From: an uncultured Nitrososphaeria archaeon | GTDB taxonomy: Archaea > Thermoproteota > Nitrososphaeria_A > Caldarchaeales > Wolframiiraptoraceae | Length of the DNA stretch: 64,000 nucleotides | Direction: 5' to 3' | Assembly (NCBI GenBank): GCA_964507345.1 | Contig: CAZDPL010000001.1 | Span: forward strand, 2,073-66,072 | In this document: piece by piece, positions 1 to 9,126 of the stretch | Layout: each line of letters opens with the position of its first letter | Position numbering within the stretch: the stretch's first letter is position 1 | The notes under the pieces: generated by a model | What the model saw: only the letters and a program-made list of their open reading frames with translations | Databases searched by the model: none | Told to the model about the DNA's origin: nothing | Position numbers and translations under genes: made by a program

Positions 1-651
1 TTCCCTAATTTTGTCGATTTCTGGGGCTAGAGTAGACTCGGGCACGTCTTCGATGTTTATCCATCTATCCGCGAAATAGACTTTCTTAATATGCTTCTGT
101 AGTAAGGGTTTAACTTTCTTCTCGAATATGTTTTCGAGCTCTTTAGGGACTCCCGGAAGACATACTATCCGAGTTTTTCCGACTTTTAGGAGAACTCCGG
201 GCGCGGCTCCAACTTCGTTTTCAAGAGGTTTTGCTCCTTTTGGAAGCATAGCCATCTTCATTCTATGTGGGGTTAGCTCGGCCGACTCTACGACTCCTTT
301 CTCAGCAAGCTCTCGATATCTTTCTTTAAGCATTTCAACTGCTTTCTTGCTTAAGACTAGTTTACGTCTAAGAGCTTTCGCAACTCCTTGAAGAGTTACA
401 TCGTCGTAGGTCGGCCCGAGCCCTCCGCTCGTGATTATCCAATCTACTTTCCTCCTTAAGGAGTCTTTTATGGCAGCGCTTATCTCATCCACATCATCAC
501 CGACCGTTATTATTCTGCAAACTTTTCCGCCGAGAGCGTTAATTTGCTCGGCGAGGTACTTTGCGTTAGTGTTTAAAATTCTTCCGTCAAGAAGCTCATA
601 GCCTATCGAGATTATGTCAAAAAGTGTCTGAAGACTTTTCTTAGATTTCAT
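1..651 (-). CDS. CinA-like / MoaB-MogA-fold (molybdopterin-binding domain) protein, N-terminal ~217 aa; C-terminus lies beyond the window edge
   Basis: Reverse-strand translation from the ATG at 649-651 gives MKSKKSLQTLFDIISIGYELLDGRILNTNAKYLAEQINALGGKVCRIITVGDDVDEISAAIKDSLRRKVDWIITSGGLGPTYDDVTLQGVAKAL... It stays open to position 1. The IxxGxELLxGxxxxxN...SGGLGPTxDD pattern is typical of CinA/MoCF-binding domains. It is not in the ORF track because the stop lies outside the window. Confidence 0.6.
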   Translation of the reverse strand, partial: MKSKKSLQTLFDIISIGYELLDGRILNTNAKYLAEQINALGGKVCRIITVGDDVDEISAAIKDSLRRKVDWIITSGGLGPTYDDVTLQGVAKALRRKLVLSKKAVEMLKERYRELAEKGVVESAELTPHRMKMAMLPKGAKPLENEVGAAPGVLLKVGKTRIVCLPGVPKELENIFEKKVKPLLQKHIKKVYFADRWINIEDVPESTLAPEIDKIRE

Positions 652-769
652 TGCTTCGATATTGGAGGCAGGCGCTGGATATATAACTATTCTCAATGAA
701 GCATGATGTTCAGCTATGTTTAGGATGTCGAGAGAACACAAATAAGGAGCTAAAAATTAGTCGTATTGG

Positions 770-1441
770 TTGGTGTCTGTAGAGATGAGCTTAAGGAGGC
801 CGCCTGCTCTTCCAACAGAGAAGGATTGCAAAGCTGCTTTTCAAGAACTTTTAAAGAAGAAGGGTGAAGAGGTCGCGAAGCGCTGTGGAGTGATATATCT
901 GCCGCCTTCAAAACCTGGGAAGAAGAAAGGTAGATATGTTGTTAATCTCCTGATCAAGACTTATTCTGTTGAGCTTGATACTGGTGAGATAATAGATTTA
1001 ATAGCTGGAAAGGAAGCCCCTATCGAAATAGCCTTCCTGATTCTGAGGTATCTTTCTTCATCGGCTGGCATTGGAAGAAAGGAGGATTGGGTGCCGTTTG
1101 AAGATTTTCCGAAAGCTAGGATATATAAGAGCTATTTTGAGAGATACGTCATCAAGCCTTTTGCAAGGTTATTCGGGTACGAGTCTGAAAAATATGAAAT
1201 GGTTTGCAGAAAGCTTGGTGGGAAGAAAGAGCGGCTCGGAGGCTTAAGCTACTCTTTCACCTTCCTTCCTAAGGTTAGGATCCTCACCCAGCTTTGGAAA
1301 GGCAGAAGTGAGGATTATGTCCTGCCTACGGCCAATCTTATGTTCAATTATTCAGCTAGACACTTTTTATCGACTGAGGATCTGCTACTAGCAGGCAGGG
1401 TTATGGTGTCCATGATGGAGGCTGAGGCGAAGAAGCTCTAA
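770..1441 (+). CDS. Conserved hypothetical protein (223 aa). Start is ambiguous: TTG 770, GTG 773 or ATG 785.
   Basis: Long ORF with no competing frame. Lys-rich N-terminal region. No motif I can name with confidence. Confidence 0.5.
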   Translation: MVSVEMSLRRPPALPTEKDCKAAFQELLKKKGEEVAKRCGVIYLPPSKPGKKKGRYVVNLLIKTYSVELDTGEIIDLIAGKEAPIEIAFLILRYLSSSAGIGRKEDWVPFEDFPKARIYKSYFERYVIKPFARLFGYESEKYEMVCRKLGGKKERLGGLSYSFTFLPKVRILTQLWKGRSEDYVLPTANLMFNYSARHFLSTEDLLLAGRVMVSMMEAEAKKL

Positions 1442-1480
1442 CGTTAAGTATCGGCCCGCTAACAGTTTTGGCGCGGAAAG

Positions 1481-2398
1481 ATGCTCGAAGGATTGAAGAA
1501 GGCGTTCAGAGAGCTAGCGAAAGAGGTTAGCACAAAATCCCTCTCCGATAAAGAAATTCAAGAATACGTCGAATCATTCAAGCTTCAACTGATCGCAAAT
1601 GATGTCGCAGTAGAAGTGGCGGATAAAATCGGAGAAGCTCTTTCAGAGAAACTTAAGCAACTGAGGTTAAAGCGTTTCGCAGATCCAACTCCTGAAATTT
1701 GGAAGCATATGTCAACAATAATTGATTCGGTATTGAAGGAAGCAAGTCTAAATGAGTTATTAGCAAGAATTGAAGAGAAAAGAAATCGTGGTGAGCCATT
1801 TGTCATACTTTTTGTGGGTCCAAATGGAAGTGGAAAAACTACTACTATCGTGAAGCTGGCCCACTTATTGAAAAAACATGGATTTGGAGCGATAATTGCT
1901 GCAGCGGATACGTTTAGAGCTGGTGCAATTGAGCAGATCAAAAAACTAGCTAGCTCGGTGAACGTGAGGGTCGTAAGCCAGAAGTATGGAGCAGACCCAG
2001 CGGCCGTCGCAATGGATGCCGTAATGAGTGCGAAGGCGAATAAGATACCAGTTGTGTTAATAGATACTGCCGGGAGAACCGAAGTTGATCGAAATCTCTT
2101 GGAGGAGATGAGGAAGATTAAACGCGTCGTGAATCCAGATCTAGTGATATACGTGGGCGATGCTCTGGCCGGAAACTCCGCGGTCGAGCAGGCGAGAAAC
2201 TTTGATGAATACGTGGGGATAGATTACATAATCTTAGCTAAGCTCGATGCAGATGCAAAAGGAGGATCAGCTATTTCAATAAGCTATCTTACAGGGAAAC
2301 CTATTCTCTTAGTTGGCACTGGTCAGGATCTAAACGATCTCAAACCGTTCTCCAAAGACCTCATAAAATCGCTTATAATGGAGTCGAAGGCTGGTTAA
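1481..2398 (+). CDS. ftsY: Signal recognition particle receptor FtsY
   Basis: SRP-GTPase motifs are present: GPNGSGKTTTIVKLA (G1), DTAGR (G3) and LAKLDADAKGG. A helical N domain precedes the GTPase. Confidence 0.9.
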   Translation: MLEGLKKAFRELAKEVSTKSLSDKEIQEYVESFKLQLIANDVAVEVADKIGEALSEKLKQLRLKRFADPTPEIWKHMSTIIDSVLKEASLNELLARIEEKRNRGEPFVILFVGPNGSGKTTTIVKLAHLLKKHGFGAIIAAADTFRAGAIEQIKKLASSVNVRVVSQKYGADPAAVAMDAVMSAKANKIPVVLIDTAGRTEVDRNLLEEMRKIKRVVNPDLVIYVGDALAGNSAVEQARNFDEYVGIDYIILAKLDADAKGGSAISISYLTGKPILLVGTGQDLNDLKPFSKDLIKSLIMESKAG

Positions 2399-2448
2399 CA
2401 TCATCCCCCAGAGAAGATTTTAATCATGAGAAGGAGAATTAATCTTTA

Positions 2449-3084
2449 GTGCCGCGTAGAATGCCTCAACAAAATTTAAGAAAATTGTTGGAAGCGCTTG
2501 CGGCCAGAGAGATAGGTCCTCAACCTACTTTTCAGAAGTTCGAGTTTCTAGATCTTTTCTTGATCTTGGATAAGGAGGGGCTTATAGGTAGGAAGAGGTT
2601 AAGTGAGCGGCTTGGCATCGGCGAGGGAGCTGTTAGAACTATGCTTCAAAGATTGAAAGCCGAGTCTTTAATCGAGGTCATGGGAAGGGGTGGATGCAGA
2701 CTTAGCGAGAAAGGTGCAAAGCTTGTAAACTTGCTTAAGATGGTTTTGAGGGATGTCGGCCCAGTGAATTTAAAGCTTCCATGGAATTATCCAAGCAATT
2801 ATGTCGTCATAGTTAGGAATGCTGCTGAATCCGTGAAGAAAGGTCTTGAGCAGAGAGATGAAGCGATCCGCGCTGGGGCGAGAGCGCTCATGGTGCTGAC
2901 CTACGTTAATGGTAGACTTATGATGCCTGGAGTAGCTGATCTTACATCTGAAAAACCCGATTTTGCTTCAAGCTTAGTAAATCTACTAAAACCTGAGGAA
3001 GGTGACGTGATACTGATTTCGGCTGGGGACTCTGTTAGAGAGGCTAGGAGAGGCGCACTAGCTGCCGCTCAAACACTTTTCTAA
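2449..3084 (+). CDS. Conserved archaeal hypothetical protein with an N-terminal winged-helix-like region (211 aa)
   Basis: ORF with GTG start; an alternative ATG is at 2461. The N-terminus LLILDKEGLIGRKRLSERLGIGEGAVRTMLQRLKAESLIEV resembles a wHTH (MarR/PadR-like) recognition unit. I recall such proteins as a DUF family but cannot verify the number. Confidence 0.5.
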   Translation: MPRRMPQQNLRKLLEALAAREIGPQPTFQKFEFLDLFLILDKEGLIGRKRLSERLGIGEGAVRTMLQRLKAESLIEVMGRGGCRLSEKGAKLVNLLKMVLRDVGPVNLKLPWNYPSNYVVIVRNAAESVKKGLEQRDEAIRAGARALMVLTYVNGRLMMPGVADLTSEKPDFASSLVNLLKPEEGDVILISAGDSVREARRGALAAAQTLF

Positions 3085-3416
3085 CCTTTTTCGAGGTATT
3101 TCCTCCATTCATCAGGCTTGAACCTTTTCTCCATAATCTCCATCTCTTTCACGAAGGCTTCTTCAAGATCCACCCCAAACCTATTTGCGAGTTGGAGGAA
3201 TAGAGAGAATGCTTGTCCAAATTCTTCCCAGACTTCATCGCGCGGCGGCTGATGGCCTAACTTCGGAACCTTATAGCCTTCTCTTACGAGTATGTGGCGC
3301 CCGATCTCCGAGATCTCCTCGATCAAATGCGTGAATATCTGAGATTCGCTGAATCGATCCCATCTCCTCGCCTTCTCGAATTCGAGCATCTTCTTCTGAG
3401 CTTCCGAAATCTTCAT
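3081..3416 (-). CDS. MazG-like nucleotide pyrophosphohydrolase domain protein (111 aa)
   Basis: Small all-helical protein whose pattern (AQKKMLEFEKARRWDRFSESQIFTHLIEEISEIGRHI ... EEFGQAFSLFLQLANRFGVDLEEAF) matches the MazG/NTP-PPase EExxE fold. Confidence 0.55.
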   Translation of the reverse strand: MKISEAQKKMLEFEKARRWDRFSESQIFTHLIEEISEIGRHILVREGYKVPKLGHQPPRDEVWEEFGQAFSLFLQLANRFGVDLEEAFVKEMEIMEKRFKPDEWRKYLEKG

Positions 3417-3542
3417 GACTTCTCGCCAGTGATTTTTTGGCGTAGGCGGCTTGAAATAGCTTTACGCATCTTCTCCTTGAGAGAAAGATATTTGGCTGCC
3501 TAAGCTTTAGGCTTTCATGACGCTGAGGCGAGGTCTCCGAAT

Positions 3543-3998
3543 ATGGCTTCGGATCAAGAAAATCTCGCGAGAGCGGTATCTGAGCTACAGGTTCTCGAGC
3601 GAGCGATGTCTGAGCTACAATCTCGAATCGCAACCCTGCAAGCCGTGCTCGGCGAATACGATGGAGCCATAAGCCTCCTCGAAGAGCTTCAAAAACAAAA
3701 ATCCGAGGTAAAGATGCTCGTCCCAATAGGCGGTGGAAACTTCCTCCAAGCAGAAATCAAGGAGGTGGAGGCTGTTCAAGTGAGCCTCGGCGCGGGCATA
3801 GTAATGAAGCAGCCGATTCAAGAAGGCTATGAGCTGATAAAAAAGCGTAGAGAGCAGATAAGCAGGATCATAGAACAATATCAGAATACGCTAATTCAAT
3901 ATGCTCAAAGAGCAGAGGAACTGCGCAGACTTGTCGAGGCTCTTTCAGCAAGAATACGCGCCCAAATGCAGCAAAAACAAGAGGCCGAAAAACGGTAA
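3543..3998 (+). CDS. pfdA: Prefoldin alpha subunit
   Basis: 151 aa with coiled-coil heptads at both ends and a central beta-hairpin region (MLVPIGGGNFLQAEI...VSLGAGIVMKQ). The size and ftsY neighbourhood are typical of archaeal pfdA. Confidence 0.8.
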   Translation: MASDQENLARAVSELQVLERAMSELQSRIATLQAVLGEYDGAISLLEELQKQKSEVKMLVPIGGGNFLQAEIKEVEAVQVSLGAGIVMKQPIQEGYELIKKRREQISRIIEQYQNTLIQYAQRAEELRRLVEALSARIRAQMQQKQEAEKR

Positions 3999-4152
3999 GC
4001 CGGAGCTGGCCACAGCCGAGCCGCGATATATCCCATTATTTACCTAAAGCCTGGCCGAGGTATTGCCGATCGACACCTGTCGAGAAAGTTTTTATATAAC
4101 CCCTAATCCGAAATCTCTCTCGATGAGAAGCCTCCGAACGGCTTCCCGCATA

Positions 4153-4403
4153 GGGGTTGAGTCCGGCGCGGGGAGGGCGAAGGCCCTCCCGGGAGGCGAT
4201 GTCTAGAATGGTCGTTAGATTGAATCCTGCTCGAAAGCGTGCGTTGCTCTGCTGTTCCGTGCTGGGCTTCGGCTCCTCGGCGTCGTTCTTCCTTCTCGCA
4301 GCCTTGATGGGCTCTCCGCTGATGGGGCTCGTCGGAGTTATGCTGGGAGTTCTCGCGGGAGTTGACGTCTGGAGACTTTTAACAGAGTAGCCGGCTCAAC
4401 CCC
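4153..4403 (+). ncRNA. Candidate structured RNA: GC-rich ~250 nt closed by a 14-bp terminal helix. The alternative reading is a small 2-TM membrane protein, ORF 4157-4390.
   Basis: The 5' arm GGGGTTGAGTCCGGC (4153-4167) pairs with the 3' arm GCCGGCTCAACCCC (4390-4403). An internal perfect hairpin GGGAGGGC-GAAG-GCCCTCCC lies at 4171-4190. A TATA-like tttttatata is at 4089-4098 and a T-tract tatttttatttt at 4416-4427. GC is clearly above the flanks. The 77-aa ORF fits exactly between the arms. Strand is uncertain. Confidence 0.3.
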
Positions 4404-4434
4404 AAATTGCTAAGCTATTTTTATTTTCCAAAAC

Positions 4435-5808
4435 TTATTCCGAGCCTAGCTCCCATTTTGTTAAATACTCTTCCTGCTCAGGCGTCAATTTCTCTAATTC
4501 TATTCCCATGGCTTCGAGCTTTAGCCTCGCAACAGTTTCATCAATCTCTCTTGGAACATCGATCACGTTCACCGGCAATCTTCCATGGTTTTTCACGAGA
4601 TATTCTGCTGAGAGCGCTTGGAGGCTAAATGACATATCCATCACATCGCATGGATGACCTTCAGCGCAAACTAGGTTCACGAGTCTTCCCTCTCCAAGGA
4701 GGTAAAGTCTTCTACCATCTCTCAGAACGTATTCCTCTATGCAAGGCATTATCCTCCGCTTTTCAACGCTGATTGCTTCCAGATCCTTTTTGTTTACTTC
4801 GACATCGAAGTGCCCCGCGTTGGCCAAAATCGCGCCGTCCTTCATGACTTCGAAATGCTCTCTCCTGATGACGCTTATGTTTCCCGTCGCTGTTATGAAT
4901 AAGTCTCCATGAGAGGCAGCCTTCCTCATAGATTCGACGTTGAATCCATCCATAAGAGCTCTCAAGGCTTTAATTGGATCAACTTCGACGACCGTAACTC
5001 TCGCCCCCATTCCTCTAAGCCTATTAGCTATCCCAGCTCCCACGTTTCCATAACCAGCGACTACAACATCCTTTCCAGCCAGAAGCATGCCAGTTGCTCT
5101 AATGACTCCATCTAAGGCTGATTGACCAGTTCCTATAGGATTGTCGAAAAGCTTCTTCGATTCCGCGTCGTTTACAGCTATCACTGGATAAAGGAGCTTA
5201 CCATTTCTCGCCATAGCTCTAAGCCTTACCACCCCGGTCGTGGTTTCCTCGCAGCCGCCGATGATCTCCTGCTTAACGAGTTTCTCGACATCGAGATCTC
5301 CGATAACCTCCTTCACGTATTCTATTTCCTTCGATTTGATTCCATAGTAGAGTTTGTGGATTGTTGAGATTAGATCTGCGCCGTCATCTATCGTGATCAT
5401 CGGCCTTGAAGCTAACACGTATCCTATGCATTGATAGTATTCTCGGATACTTTCGCCTCGGAATGCGTAAACTTTTATGCCTGATTCGGCGATAGCTGCA
5501 GCAACGTCATCTTGTGTGCTAGAGGGATTCGATGCGCAGAGGACTACATCCGCTCCACCCGCTCTCAAGGCTTCAGCAAGAATCGCGGTCTCGGTCGTTA
5601 CATGCAGGCAAAGCCCGATCCTTATGCCTCGTAAGGGCTTCTCCCTTTCAAACCGCTCCGCGATCTTCGAGAGAACGGGCATCAGGTTGCGAGACCATTC
5701 TATTCGCCTCCTCCCCTTATCTGCTAAGCTTAAATCCGCTACCCAGTAGTCCTTCATCAGCCTATAGCGTAATTGGTGGGGAAAATAAGACTTAGCTTGA
5801 TGAGACAA
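4435..5808 (-). CDS. ahcY: S-adenosyl-L-homocysteine hydrolase (adenosylhomocysteinase)
   Basis: Full-length homology pattern including the NAD-binding motif [20 protein letters not shown] and [13 protein letters not shown]. The probable true start is the internal ATG at 5757 ([21 protein letters not shown]), by comparison with archaeal AhcY N-termini. Confidence 0.9.
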   Translation of the reverse strand: MSHQAKSYFPHQLRYRLMKDYWVADLSLADKGRRRIEWSRNLMPVLSKIAERFEREKPLRGIRIGLCLHVTTETAILAEALRAGGADVVLCASNPSSTQDDVAAAIAESGIKVYAFRGESIREYYQCIGYVLASRPMITIDDGADLISTIHKLYYGIKSKEIEYVKEVIGDLDVEKLVKQEIIGGCEETTTGVVRLRAMARNGKLLYPVIAVNDAESKKLFDNPIGTGQSALDGVIRATGMLLAGKDVVVAGYGNVGAGIANRLRGMGARVTVVEVDPIKALRALMDGFNVESMRKAASHGDLFITATGNISVIRREHFEVMKDGAILANAGHFDVEVNKKDLEAISVEKRRIMPCIEEYVLRDGRRLYLLGEGRLVNLVCAEGHPCDVMDMSFSLQALSAEYLVKNHGRLPVNVIDVPREIDETVARLKLEAMGIELEKLTPEQEEYLTKWELGSE

Positions 5809-5836
5809 CCTAAATACGACGGCTTAACCGCTTTAC

Positions 5837-6280
5837 ATGGACTTGAGCTGGGAAGAACGCGTCAAAACAAAGGAAGGTTACCTAAAGCTCCTAGACCAAG
5901 TCATGGCCCATCTCCCGCAGACCATAGGGAAGGCTGGAGATAGATTGATAGTCCTAAACCCGGAGATACTCCACGAGTCTAGGAGAACGATAATCATGAA
6001 CTTCAAGGACTTAGCAGAGAAGCTGAATAGAGAGCCGGAACATCTTGCAAGATTCGTTTTCAAGGAATCAGGTAAGCCTGGATCCCTCGAGGGAGAGAGG
6101 CTGATTATTCAGGGAAGATTATCAAATGAAGAGTTTAGAAGATTGATCGAACTCTACGTCAAAGAGTTCGTAAAATGCCCGATCTGCGGAGGCTTGGACA
6201 CGCGGATTATTTCGGAAAGGCGGTTGAGATTTCTTGTCTGCGAGGTATGTGGCGCGAAAAGCTCTGTTAGGAAAATTTAG
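5837..6280 (+). CDS. eif2b: Translation initiation factor 2 beta subunit (aIF2-beta)
   Basis: C-terminal zinc ribbon CPICGGLDTRIISERRLRFLVCEVCGAKS. The length (147 aa) and N-terminal helical domain are typical of aIF2-beta. Confidence 0.85.
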   Translation: MDLSWEERVKTKEGYLKLLDQVMAHLPQTIGKAGDRLIVLNPEILHESRRTIIMNFKDLAEKLNREPEHLARFVFKESGKPGSLEGERLIIQGRLSNEEFRRLIELYVKEFVKCPICGGLDTRIISERRLRFLVCEVCGAKSSVRKI

Positions 6281-6297
6281 CCATTAACTCATAAATA

Positions 6298-7053
6298 GTG
6301 GGGGAAGCTCCTCAAAATCCGAAGACGTTGGAAACTTATAGAAGGCCTCCGCTCGCCTTGGAAGTTTTAGATCTACTAAATCTAGCTAGGCTTGCCATGA
6401 GCAGAGCTGATGTTCAACCGCTCTTCTGGGCCTTCAATTATCGTGGAAGCGAAATACTCGGAAGCTTGATCTCGATACCGTATTGGCGTGGAAGTCTTCC
6501 GATCTTCGCTTACATAAGGCTTAAGCGAGGAGAGAAGTTGAAGGGCTACGTAGCTTACACGAGCATAGGAATCGAAAAAGCATTCTTCAGCGAAAGCTCT
6601 GACGATACGCGCTATGTTTATGGTCCTGTGGTTGAAATCGAGGATCCACCCCGCATACTTGCTAAAGCTCTTTCATCTAGGAGGGGGTTGAGGGAGAAGC
6701 CTATAGCGGTTAAGGCTCGAAATCTCTCTTCTCTCATTAGGGTTCTCATGATCATGAGCGATAATATGGTCTCCCCTCCAATATGGCATTACAGGGTAAG
6801 CTCGAAGAAGCATATCCTCGGATTAATGGCTCCCTTCTACGACTACTACGAGGCCAACGCCTTACCCGTATTCTTCTACGTCGAGAGCAATCGAAAACCA
6901 GCGCCTTTCATCAGATATCAAGCCATGAATGGTCGAGAAGAATTAGACTTCGCTGACAGCGTTTCCGACATGAAATACTTCTATGGAAGAGTTGTAACCG
7001 TGAAAGAGATCCCATTTCTAACAATACGCAGAAGGAAGAATCGAAGGCGTTGA
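6298..7053 (+). CDS. Hypothetical protein (251 aa by GTG start). A TATA-like ataaata at 6291-6297 suggests the real start may be the ATG at 6400.
   Basis: Long ORF with an Arg-rich C-terminus (IRRRKNRRR). No recognisable motif. Confidence 0.45.
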   Translation: MGEAPQNPKTLETYRRPPLALEVLDLLNLARLAMSRADVQPLFWAFNYRGSEILGSLISIPYWRGSLPIFAYIRLKRGEKLKGYVAYTSIGIEKAFFSESSDDTRYVYGPVVEIEDPPRILAKALSSRRGLREKPIAVKARNLSSLIRVLMIMSDNMVSPPIWHYRVSSKKHILGLMAPFYDYYEANALPVFFYVESNRKPAPFIRYQAMNGREELDFADSVSDMKYFYGRVVTVKEIPFLTIRRRKNRRR

Positions 7054-7072
7054 AATCATTTCCAGCCAGCTC

Positions 7073-7213
7073 TTACTTCCAAAGCTCTTTCTTAAGCAAG
7101 TCTCTTACGGCTGTCCGCATAACCGCGCTTCTGCTCGGATAAGCACCTCTTCTAACGAGCTCGTCCATGCCTTCGATTAATGCTTCAGGCATCTTAACTG
7201 AGATGAGCTTCAT
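7073..7213 (-). CDS. Ribbon-helix-helix (CopG/Arc-type) DNA-binding protein, 46 aa. It is below the 60-aa cutoff and so absent from the ORF track.
   Basis: Reverse-strand ORF MKLISVKMPEALIEGMDELVRRGAYPSRSAVMRTAVRDLLKKELWK. The beta-strand (VKMPEAL) followed by two helices ending SRSAVMRTAVRDLL is a canonical RHH signature. Confidence 0.55.
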   Translation of the reverse strand: MKLISVKMPEALIEGMDELVRRGAYPSRSAVMRTAVRDLLKKELWK

Positions 7214-7418
7214 TCATTCAACACCTCCAGGCTAGCTAACAGGAGTCAAGTCCCTTTCATAAAACTTTCTCAATAAACGCGTCGCTCAATCTTCATCATT
7301 TGGTAAACCCGTGGCCATCGCGCCTTGAAAGATTCAGAGAATGAGCTGAAGAATACTCTTAATAACCAGGATTTGAGCAGTCAGTCCTCCTTACCGATGG
7401 CGGCTTTTCAATCTTAGG

Positions 7419-7428
7419 TTTATAAATA
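7419..7428 (+). promoter_or_regulatory. TATA-box-like element (tttataaata) upstream of the thermosome gene
   Basis: AT-rich TATA consensus about 46 nt upstream of ATG 7474. A GGGAGGTGA ribosome-binding site lies at 7459-7467. Confidence 0.4.
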
Positions 7429-7473
7429 GCCCGATATCCTCATAAGACTGGGGTTATTGGGAGGTGAATCTAT

Positions 7474-9126
7474 ATGTCTGATGTTGCAGCCCCTTCTGCA
7501 GCTGGAGGAGTCCCAGTTATAATATTACGAGAGGGAACTCAAAGAACCCGTGGGAGAGAAGCTCAGCTCAACAACATCATGGTTGCTAAGATCATAGCAG
7601 AGGCTATGAGATCTTCCCTCGGCCCGAGAGGCATGGATAAGATGCTGGTGGACAGCTTTGGAGATGTTACAATAACCAGTGATGGTGCTACGATTCTCAA
7701 GGAGATGGAAGTTGAGCATCCAGTAGCCAAGATGCTTGTCGAGATAGCAAAAGCTCAGGACGCTGAGGTAGGTGATGGAACAACCTCCGTAGTGGTAATT
7801 GCAGGCGAGCTCCTTTCCAAGGCTGAAGAGCTTATTGAGAAAGAAGTTCATCCAACTACGATAATTGATGGATATCGTAAGGCGGCTGTAAAAGCCCTTG
7901 AAATATATGACCAAATAGGAATACCTGTCTCCCTAGATGATAGAGATACCTTAAAGAAGATTGCAAAGACCGCGATGGCTGCGAAGATAGTTTCCGAGGA
8001 TGCCGAACACCTTGCTGAGCTAGCAGTGGAAGCAGTCCTCAGAGTTGCTGAACAGGTTGATGGAAAGTGGAAGGTCGATTTGGATAACATTAAGATCGAG
8101 AAGAAGGAGGGACAATCAGTAAGGGACACGGCGATCATCGACGGCATAGTCCTAGACAAAGAGGTAGTCCACTCAGGAATGCCAAGAATAGTTCATGATG
8201 CGAAGATCGCGCTCCTAGACTGCCCGCTCGAAATAGAGAAGACTGAGTTCGATGCAAAGCTACACATCGAAAGCCCCGAGCAGATGAAGGCCTTCATGGA
8301 GCAGGAAGAGCAGATGCTGAAGGAGATGGTGGAGAAGATAGCTGCAGTCGGCGCGAACGTTGTGCTTTGCCAGAAGGGAATTGACGACGTGGCCCAGCAC
8401 TTCCTCGCTCGCAAGGGAATACTCGCGGTCAGAAGAATCAAGAGATCCGATATCGAGAAGATTGCGAGGGCGACTGGCGCCAGGATCATAACGAGGCTTG
8501 AGGAGATAAGTGAAAAAGATCTCGGTAGAGCAAAGCTCGTGGAGGAGAGGAGAGTCGGAGAAGACAAGATGGTGTTCATCGAGGGCTGCGAGAACCCGAA
8601 GTCAATCACAATCCTGGTCCGCGGCGGAACCAAGAGGCTAGTAGATGAGGCTGAGAGATCTCTGAAAGACGCTCTAAACGTAGTCAAAGACGTGATCATG
8701 GAGAACAAGATCGTGGCAGGAGGAGGTGCTCCAGAAATCGAGGTATCGCTCGCGCTCCGAGAATACGCCAAATCTCTAGCAGGCAAGGAGCAGCTCGCGG
8801 TCGAGAAGTTCGCCGAGGCCCTCGAAGTGATCCCGATGCAGCTCGCTGAAAACGCTGGACTAGACCCGATAGAAGTCATCGTATCGCTCAGAGCTAGACA
8901 TAAGAAAGGCGAGAAATGGGCTGGAGTAAACGTAATGGAAGGAAAGATCGACGACATGTACAAGCTAGAGGTCCTCGAACCAGTGTTAGTCAAGAAGCAG
9001 GCAATCAAGGCGGCCGTCGAAGCTGCGGCGATGATCCTGAAGATCGACGACATAATCGCAGCCTCGAGACTCGAGGAGAAGAAAGAGGAGAAAGGGAAGG
9101 AAGAGTCCTCCTTTGAGGAAGAATGA
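7474..9126 (+). CDS. ths: Thermosome subunit (group II chaperonin)
   Basis: 550 aa. ATP-binding GDGTTS, the ITxDGATIL stretch and an acidic [12 protein letters not shown]-terminal tail. Strong ribosome-binding site. Confidence 0.95.
   Translation: MSDVAAPSAAGGVPVIILREGTQRTRGREAQLNNIMVAKIIAEAMRSSLGPRGMDKMLVDSFGDVTITSDGATILKEMEVEHPVAKMLVEIAKAQDAEVGDGTTSVVVIAGELLSKAEELIEKEVHPTTIIDGYRKAAVKALEIYDQIGIPVSLDDRDTLKKIAKTAMAAKIVSEDAEHLAELAVEAVLRVAEQVDGKWKVDLDNIKIEKKEGQSVRDTAIIDGIVLDKEVVHSGMPRIVHDAKIALLDCPLEIEKTEFDAKLHIESPEQMKAFMEQEEQMLKEMVEKIAAVGANVVLCQKGIDDVAQHFLARKGILAVRRIKRSDIEKIARATGARIITRLEEISEKDLGRAKLVEERRVGEDKMVFIEGCENPKSITILVRGGTKRLVDEAERSLKDALNVVKDVIMENKIVAGGGAPEIEVSLALREYAKSLAGKEQLAVEKFAEALEVIPMQLAENAGLDPIEVIVSLRARHKKGEKWAGVNVMEGKIDDMYKLEVLEPVLVKKQAIKAAVEAAAMILKIDDIIAASRLEEKKEEKGKEESSFEEE

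Noticed and set aside
128-391. 87-aa plus-strand ORF
   Set aside because: It lies antisense inside the CinA-like gene (1-651, minus strand), which has a clear homology pattern. Its composition is low-complexity.
1585-1941. 118-aa minus-strand ORF inside ftsY
   Set aside because: It is antisense to an unambiguous SRP-GTPase gene. This is a typical shadow ORF.
3271-3878. Overlapping ORFs 3271-3726(-), 3294-3503(+) and 3615-3878(-)
   Set aside because: They overlap the MazG-like and prefoldin genes, which have recognisable motifs. The overlapping ORFs have Arg/Leu-rich shadow-frame composition.
4153-4403. Identification of the GC-rich element specifically as SRP (7S) RNA or RNase P RNA
   Set aside because: I could not locate the conserved helix-8 GNRA/GGAA-AGCA motifs of SRP RNA or the GGAAAGUCC / ACAGAAA motifs of RNase P RNA by eye. 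The length (~250 nt) is short for either. It is kept only as a generic structured-RNA candidate.
7525-9053. Three minus-strand ORFs, including a 286-aa Ser-rich one, inside the thermosome gene
   Set aside because: They are antisense to the best-supported gene in the window. Ser/Ala/Phe-rich low-complexity translations are typical of the reverse frame of a GC-balanced gene.
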